NCBI GenBank assembly: GCA_016190175.1
Contig: JACPRC010000068.1
Coordinates: 9,844 to 73,843, forward strand
Length of the DNA stretch: 64,000 nt
Source of the DNA: Planctomycetota bacterium
GTDB lineage: Bacteria; Planctomycetota; MHYJ01; JACPRB01
Direction of reading: 5' to 3'
Below, one piece after another: positions 61,255-64,000 of the stretch. Both the position numbers and the translations under genes were made by a program. The notes under the pieces are model-generated. The model had not been told where the DNA came from and made no database searches. It saw only the letters and a program-made list of their open reading frames with translations. How positions within the stretch are numbered: position 1 is the stretch's first letter; every line of letters starts with the position of its first letter.

Positions 61255-62064
61255 ATGCTGCATTCGCTCGTGCTCGTCGCGGCTCTCGCCCAGGATGAGG
61301 GGGAGCAGCTCAAGGCCCTTGTGGAGAAGAAGGGTCCCTCCGTCGTCACCGTCAACGTCGTCCTGACGACGAAGGCGGCGATGGGGGGAGAGTCCGGGGA
61401 CCAGGAATCCCGTCACTCGGCCCGCGGGATCGTCGTGGATTCCTCGGGGATCGTGATGATCTCGAGTGCCTCGTACTCCAATCGCCTCTGGAGCCGCTTC
61501 TACAAGGGCATGGGGGCCGAGTTCAAGGTGACGCCGAAGGACTTCAAGGTCGTCGTCGGCAACGAGGAGAAGGAGCGGGACGCCTGGTTGATCGCCACGG
61601 ACGAGAAGCTCGAACTCGCGTTCGTCCAGATCGACGCCGCGGGCGACGGGCTGCCGTCCCCCGTCGACCTGTCCAAGTCGGTGCCGCTCGCCGTGGGGCA
61701 GCGGGCCGCCGTCGTCGGAAGGCTCGCCAAGGGCTACGACTACGCTCCGTACTTCCGCACGCTGCGGATCGCCGGCGAGATCTCCAAGCCGCGCAACGGC
61801 TGGATCGTGGACGGAAGCGTCTCGGAAATCGGCATGCCGGTCTACACGATCTCGGGGGATCTGGCCGGGGTCGTCGCGGCCATGCCCGTTCCCGCCGACG
61901 GCTCGGAAGGCGAGGCGGGGATCCTCGAGATGGTCTTCAAGTCCATGGGGCTGGGCGGCGCCGAGCCGACGTTCGTGCTCCCCGCCGATGCGGTGAAGTC
62001 GCGACTGGATCTCGCGCGCAAGCAGGCGAAGGAGATGCGGGAGAAGAAGAAGGACGGCAAGTAG
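61255..62064 (+). CDS. trypsin-fold protease paralogue lacking the catalytic His and Ser
   Basis: It aligns by eye to the protease domain (GPSVVTVNV..., DEKLELAFVQID). The His position reads VMISSASYS and the GNSGGP position reads SEIGMPV. Confidence 0.6.
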   Translation: MLHSLVLVAALAQDEGEQLKALVEKKGPSVVTVNVVLTTKAAMGGESGDQESRHSARGIVVDSSGIVMISSASYSNRLWSRFYKGMGAEFKVTPKDFKVVVGNEEKERDAWLIATDEKLELAFVQIDAAGDGLPSPVDLSKSVPLAVGQRAAVVGRLAKGYDYAPYFRTLRIAGEISKPRNGWIVDGSVSEIGMPVYTISGDLAGVVAAMPVPADGSEGEAGILEMVFKSMGLGGAEPTFVLPADAVKSRLDLARKQAKEMREKKKDGK

Positions 62065-62109
62065 CGGCGCTCTTGCCGGGGCGCGCGCTTCGAGCTAGGA
62101 TCTGGCCCC

Positions 62110-64000
62110 ATGATTCGGATCATTCTCGCGATCCTGGCACAGACCCCCATCCAGCCCGAAAAACTCCCGCTCCCCGACGGCGTCCGCCACGGCGCGACCT
62201 TCTCGCCGGACGGGGCGTGGATCTACTGGTTCGAGGACGTCCCGCGCACCGACAAGTTCGGCCGCTTCGCGCGCAACGTCGCGCTCTTCCGCGCGACCCC
62301 CGACGCGAAGAAGACGGAGAAGATCCTCGATGTCGGCGACACGGTGGGGGAGGTGCACTGGACGCCCGACGGCAAGCGCATGGTCCTCGTGCGGCACGCC
62401 GACGACACCAACGGCGACGGCAAGATCGACCACAAGGACGGGGATGCGCTCTGGATGGGGGACCCCGACGGCAAGAACGAGTCGCTCCTCGTCCCCGCGT
62501 CGCTCAAGAAGCTCAGCTTCTACGGCTTCCTCGCCGACGGCAAGATCGTGATCGGCGTGCGCGACGACGCGGAAGGGGACGCGCGCGTGGTCGTGCGCGA
62601 CGCCGCGGGCAAGGAGGAAGATCTGTGCCGCGCGGCGGGGTACCTGTTCTCGCACGAGGCCGAGGACTGGATCAAGGTCATGGAGAAGCCGGCCGGCGAC
62701 GACTTCATGCGTCCCGAGCCGGAGCCGAAGTACTTCCGGTTCTCGTTCCCGAAGAAACAGCTCCTCGAGGCGCTGGAGGTGCAGCACGTCGTGGGTTGGC
62801 CGCGCTCGGCCGCGGGCAAGCTCTGGTACGCGCGCCGCGTCGACTCGAACAAGGACTCCAAGTTCGACGGCAAGGACAACACGGTGCTGGTCGTGGCGAG
62901 CGAAAAGGGGGAGAAGCCGCGCGATCTGACGAAGGGCGAGGAGCAGATCTTCCCGGCGCGGTGGCTCGGCGGGGGGATGCTCTGCCTCGTGACGCGCGCG
63001 GACGCGACGGACTTCGTGCAGATCGCGCCGGGCGGCAAGCGGACGCCGCTCTGGACGGTGAAGGGCGCGGCCTCGCGTCCCCGCTTCTCGGACGACGGGC
63101 GCAAGGTGGCGTTCACGGTGGCGCGCGATTCGACCGCGGACGGCAAGATCCGCTCGTGGGAGGACGCGTCGGACATCTTCGTCGCGGAGTTGCCCGCGGC
63201 GTTCGCGCCCCCCACCGAGGCGGAGTTGAAAAAGGGGCAGGAGTATCTCGACAAGGTGGCGAAGGCGTGGGCCGCGAAGCCGCCGGGGGAGATGCTGCTG
63301 GGGATGTACCTGGGGAACGCGTGGTTCGGATCTTGGGATATCGCTATCAAGCCCACGGCAGACGGGTTCGAGGTCTCTGTTCATGTGGAGGTCAGGGTCG
63401 GCGACAGACCACCGGACACCGTGCAGGTGACCTTGGTCCTCGACCGCTCGCTGCGGCTTGTACGTTTGCACGAGGAAGAAAGCGGACCGGAAGACAGGAA
63501 AGTTGCGACCACTACCGTCACCGCCGGTCGGTGGCACCGACGCGTAGATCGGCAGGGGAAGATCACCGAATCGTCCGGTCCGTGCGTGCTGGGGGGCAGA
63601 GTCTTCCAGCCGCTCCTTTTTCTCCCGCTGGCTCCTCTACCGGAAGGCGTCGTCATCCTCGAATCCGATGTCTCCGACATGGGCGGCGAAATCGGCCGGC
63701 GCGCCCCCGGAATGACAAAGCGCACGATTGGGGGACGCGACGTCGAATGCAACGTCGTTGAGATCAGGTCGCGGTGGAAAGGGGATCGTTCCCGCTGGTA
63801 CTTCGACTCGCAAGGACGACCGCTTTCGTGCATCCTGGGAGACCAAGGTTCCGGTCTCCGCTTCCATCTCAGGCCGATCCAGAAGGCCGATATTGGCAAG
63901 CCCCTCGCCGAGCCGCTCCAGCTCAAGGAGTGGGAGAAGGTCTGCATCGAGTGCCTCGTCGCAGAGATCCGGCACGACTCGAAGGCGTACCTCGCCTGCG
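62110..64000 (+). CDS. TolB-like/PD40 beta-propeller repeat protein (3' end outside the window)
   Basis: ATG at 62110, open to the window end. It is absent from the supplied ORF track because no stop is reached. FSPDGAWIYW, WTPDGKRMVLV and FSDDGRKVAFTV are PD40-type repeats. High GC3. Confidence 0.75.
   Translation, partial: MIRIILAILAQTPIQPEKLPLPDGVRHGATFSPDGAWIYWFEDVPRTDKFGRFARNVALFRATPDAKKTEKILDVGDTVGEVHWTPDGKRMVLVRHADDTNGDGKIDHKDGDALWMGDPDGKNESLLVPASLKKLSFYGFLADGKIVIGVRDDAEGDARVVVRDAAGKEEDLCRAAGYLFSHEAEDWIKVMEKPAGDDFMRPEPEPKYFRFSFPKKQLLEALEVQHVVGWPRSAAGKLWYARRVDSNKDSKFDGKDNTVLVVASEKGEKPRDLTKGEEQIFPARWLGGGMLCLVTRADATDFVQIAPGGKRTPLWTVKGAASRPRFSDDGRKVAFTVARDSTADGKIRSWEDASDIFVAELPAAFAPPTEAELKKGQEYLDKVAKAWAAKPPGEMLLGMYLGNAWFGSWDIAIKPTADGFEVSVHVEVRVGDRPPDTVQVTLVLDRSLRLVRLHEEESGPEDRKVATTTVTAGRWHRRVDRQGKITESSGPCVLGGRVFQPLLFLPLAPLPEGVVILESDVSDMGGEIGRRAPGMTKRTIGGRDVECNVVEIRSRWKGDRSRWYFDSQGRPLSCILGDQGSGLRFHLRPIQKADIGKPLAEPLQLKEWEKVCIECLVAEIRHDSKAYLAC

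Noticed and set aside
55036-62064. Calling the locus a magnetosome gene island.
   Set aside because: Only a MamK-like actin and HtrA-type proteases are present. No cation-diffusion-facilitator (MamB/M), MamI/L/Q or Mms-type genes are visible in the window. The resemblance is reported as a lead only.

Overview
High-GC (about two-thirds G+C by eye) bacterial chromosomal window with about 57 protein-coding genes. The lineage cannot be fixed from sequence alone; the gene content would fit Myxococcota or Planctomycetota. The backbone is housekeeping: polyprenyl synthase, mobA, cobA-hemD, hemB, scpB, moaC, asd, truA, hpf-ptsN-ptsH-ptsI, aconitase, and a lipid operon (patatin, lipid kinase, glpD, AGPS-like oxidase).

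The most unusual locus is a ~9.5-kb island at 3.5-13.0 kb with every gene on the minus strand. It sits between mobA and cobA-hemD and is bracketed by 71-bp imperfect direct repeats that duplicate their divergent promoter. It carries a translationally coupled operon (ParB-like protein, unknown protein, SPPY DNA methyltransferase), an orphan helical protein, and a 1700-aa STAND NTPase (metallophosphoesterase, P-loop NTPase, pentapeptide repeats, 14 WD40 blades). I could not recognise an integrase.

Other notable loci:
- A lower-GC two-gene insert encoding an AAA ATPase and a TOPRIM/DUF4276-like protein (36.9-38.6 kb).
- A small-protein plus nucleotidyltransferase pair that looks like a toxin-antitoxin module (43.9-44.8 kb).
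- Three consecutive envelope genes carrying five in-frame TGA codons (29.2-32.3 kb).
- An orphan ~330-nt promoter-to-terminator unit that looks like a structured ncRNA (48.6-49.0 kb).
- A MamK-like actin next to coiled-coil proteins, a multi-PDZ HtrA protease and a triad-less protease paralogue (55-62 kb).
- Several families of short tandem and palindromic intergenic repeats.

No rRNA, convincing tRNA, CRISPR array or transposase was recognised. All functional calls come from motif recognition by eye, not from database searches.
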